Shown: positions 61,728-64,000 of the stretch, piece by piece | Layout: each line of letters starts with the position of its first letter | Position numbering within the stretch: the first letter of the stretch is position 1 | Assembly (NCBI GenBank): GCA_963793865.1 | Contig: CAWCBP010000002.1 | Location: 64,001-128,000, forward strand | Reading direction: 5' to 3' | DNA from: an uncultured delta proteobacterium | Lineage (GTDB): Bacteria > Desulfobacterota > WTBG01 | DNA length: 64,000 nt | Made by a program: the position numbers and the translations under genes | The notes under the pieces: generated by a model | Database searches by the model: none | What the model was told of the DNA's origin: nothing | Seen by the model: only the letters and a program-made list of their open reading frames with translations

Positions 61728-63346
61728 TTAGTCAGCGTTCACCGCACCACAATCTTCAGTAGCTGATGCTTCTGGATTCCAGTAAAAATCAGTCGGATCC
61801 GTTGTTGTAAATCCCGGGTCCTGCGAAAAATCAGTATCTATAGCCGGCACATAACCAATGATTAAGGATAGATTATCAATCTCCCCCATGCCATAACCAA
61901 TTTCATCATTAGCTCCATATGCCGATATCCCCCACCGGCTAATACAAGATTGGGGTGGAACTTCAGTTACTGCTAATGTTGCAACGACTGTGTCTGTGCA
62001 AAGATCTTTGACTTTCACTGTGGCCCTGTGCGAGAATGCATTGTAGAAAATGGTTGCACGATACCAGTTGTTTAACGAATAATTATAGACAACTGTATCA
62101 GTCTTTCCATTGAATTGAACAGAAAAAAGTCTTCCTGCATCAGCATAGCCGGCCGTAAACGTGTAATTTGAGCCATCGTTATACATATCCTCACAGTACA
62201 ATCCCAATTCGACTCCACCGGAATAAGGGCCTTCTGCTAAGTTGAAATCAAACGTCAGCCTGAAGCTTTTGCCGGAATACGCAATTGGCTGGTAAACGTA
62301 GTCGTCTTCCGCTTCCACAGCTCTGAAATGGTAAGTGCCATTACGTTGGTGCGGAATGTCTGATCTTGCCGCACAGCTTTGGATTGCACCTTTCTCTTTA
62401 CCGCTAATCAACGTATCCTTCTTCCAGCCATTAGTAAGATGGGTTACACAGCTTACGAATTGCCCATGATTCTTAACCCCCTCTGCGCACTCAGCAATCA
62501 AATCACTCATGGTACAGCCGTCATCAAACAGCGTATTGGCAACCCCGCTATTACAACCATCGATAATAATTGTTGCTTCAAGATCCGACTCTGGACAATT
62601 GTCTTCATCATCAAGAATGCCATCACCGTCAGCATCATTTTCACCAGGCATTGCCGTAAAGCTATAAAGGTTGATTCGGCAATCCTTTGCCGGGTAGCCG
62701 GCACTGGTTCCTGTTGTGGTAATAAATCTTACGTACCAAGGGAGCCCTTCGTCTAATGTTTTCACTGGATGCATTGTGCCTGTTCCATTAGCACCCTCGT
62801 ATAGAGTAGCGGTAGCGTCTGAAGCATCGATTACGATTGACCAATCAGTTGGGCTGAAATCTACACCATTAGAGAGGTATAGTTGTTGGGTTCCTGATAA
62901 AATTTTACTTCAAAGGATGTAAGTAAAGACTGTCTAACCAATCAGTCCTCCCGTCAGTTATTTCAATCAGATGATAGTCAGCATGCATGATCGCAAGGGC
63001 TCTGTATATCAGGTTCCCACGTAAAGTTGATTATCCAATCATTTCCATCATTGAAGTTATATACCGTCCTTGTCCATGCCTGGGCACCGAATGTGTTTCC
63101 TGACTCTGGTGTTGTGGCTCTGGCCTGAAGATACCTATCCGTTGCAACGATTTCAGTGTTGTACCATTGACCATCGCCGCTTCCAGGTCCATCATTGCCG
63201 CCGTTGCTTCCACCCACCACCCAAATGTTGGTATCAATGACTCCATCCTCAAAATTATCTGTGATTACTTGACCAAAAGCTTCCATGCTGAATGATATAA
63301 ACAGTAACAGTCCAATCAAACCGAATATTCTTTTTTTGCTTTTCAC
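61728..63346 (-). pseudogene. Secreted beta-rich protein with a TSP3-like repeat, interrupted at about 62910-62985
   Basis: GTG start with AGGAGG SD and signal peptide (63346); stop at 62978; downstream frame ILSGTQQL...MHPVKT continues to DADGDGILDDEDNCP and 61728. Confidence 0.6.
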
Positions 63347-63606
63347 TCGAACCTCCTGTCCTGAGATTAGGTCATTAACATGAATGTTCTTCGTCCCTGA
63401 ATATTTATGATCAACAGAACAACGGCAGCGATAACAACAGCACATGAATAAATCAGCCAATCGTATAACTGCTCACCAGCCCAACTATCGAGAACATAAA
63501 AAGATCGCCCAAAGCGTAGTTACCTCCTTTTGTTATGTGACGTCTTGCCTCACCGGTTTACATTGCACCTCAGATTGTGGGCACTTTATCATCTTGTCGC
63601 CCATGC

Positions 63607-63690
63607 AGACATGGCTTCTGATTCGGGCATGCGCCGGGACATCAATCATAAGATCTGTTCCTCGTCAATTCGTCCCATGACCGTTTCATG
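63607..63690 (-). pseudogene. SufB/SufD C-terminal remnant
   Basis: HETVMGRIDEEQIL*LMSRRMPESEAMS resembles HEAxxGxIDEEQxxYLMSRGxxExEA. Confidence 0.55.
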
Positions 63691-63762
63691 GCCATTACGG
63701 CCGCGTAACGGGTTGAAAATTCCCGAATAGCATAAATTACACCTTTGTCTTTATGCAGCAGC

Positions 63763-63906
63763 TTACTTCTTGTCCTTTGTTTGCTCTTCGGCCACCTGGC
63801 CGGAACGCGGAACAATTCAGGTCCTGAATCCTAATTTAGGCAGAATATACGCCTGCAAAACGAACCAGACAACCAGAACGATCATGATTATGAGAAATTC
63901 TTTCAT
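63763..63906 (-). CDS. Candidate small membrane selenoprotein (47 aa with UGA read-through; 29 aa otherwise)
   Basis: MKEFLIIMIVLVVWFVLQAYILPKLGFRT-TGA-IVPRSGQVAEEQTKDKK; GAGGGAG SD; SECIS-like hairpin directly after the TGA. Confidence 0.6.
63781..63815 (-). promoter_or_regulatory. Bacterial SECIS-like hairpin
   Basis: TTGTTC/GAGCAA lower stem, CGGCC/GGCCG upper stem, AGGT loop 19 nt after the TGA at 63817-63819. Confidence 0.55.
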
Positions 63907-64000
63907 GGCCTGACTCCCTCATTGCGGCAACGGGTTTAACGTTTTTAAAAAAGGACAGGCGGCGGCGCCGCCGGCAAAGGCGGGTTCTGGATAGACCGGA

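Overview
Bacterial window that looks like Desulfobacterota/deltaproteobacterial DNA (inferred from gene content only) and is mostly minus-strand. GC-rich blocks (about 1-13.4 kb and 41.5-54.3 kb) alternate with AT-richer mosaic DNA. Left part: an RND efflux pair, a 2913-aa cyclic beta-1,2-glucan synthase, and SPFH, DnaJ, ZupT, fasciclin and AsmA genes. Three operons of small stress/membrane proteins (CsbD, DUF3309, lmo0937, DUF3185, YtxH, UspA, Ysc84-like) each follow a copy of the same ~170-bp sigma54 promoter/enhancer module. The middle holds a single-chain PAS-kinase-receiver-sigma54 activator, followed by a sigma54 promoter, PilZ, GxxExxY and an RpoD paralogue. The most notable locus (39-54 kb) is a candidate sphingolipid system. 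A spt / deleted bCerS / reductase operon converges on a GC-rich operon encoding an intact bCerS-like GNAT, a thioesterase-less single-chain FAS/PKS (FabK-like ER-KS-AT-ACP-KR-DH), a PPTase, an ABC exporter and a GT-like protein. A small candidate selenoprotein with a SECIS-like hairpin lies at the right end. Many single-base frameshifts cluster at 1.8-2.8 kb and 42-48.4 kb and are probably assembly errors. All family calls come from motif recognition by eye; no searches were run.
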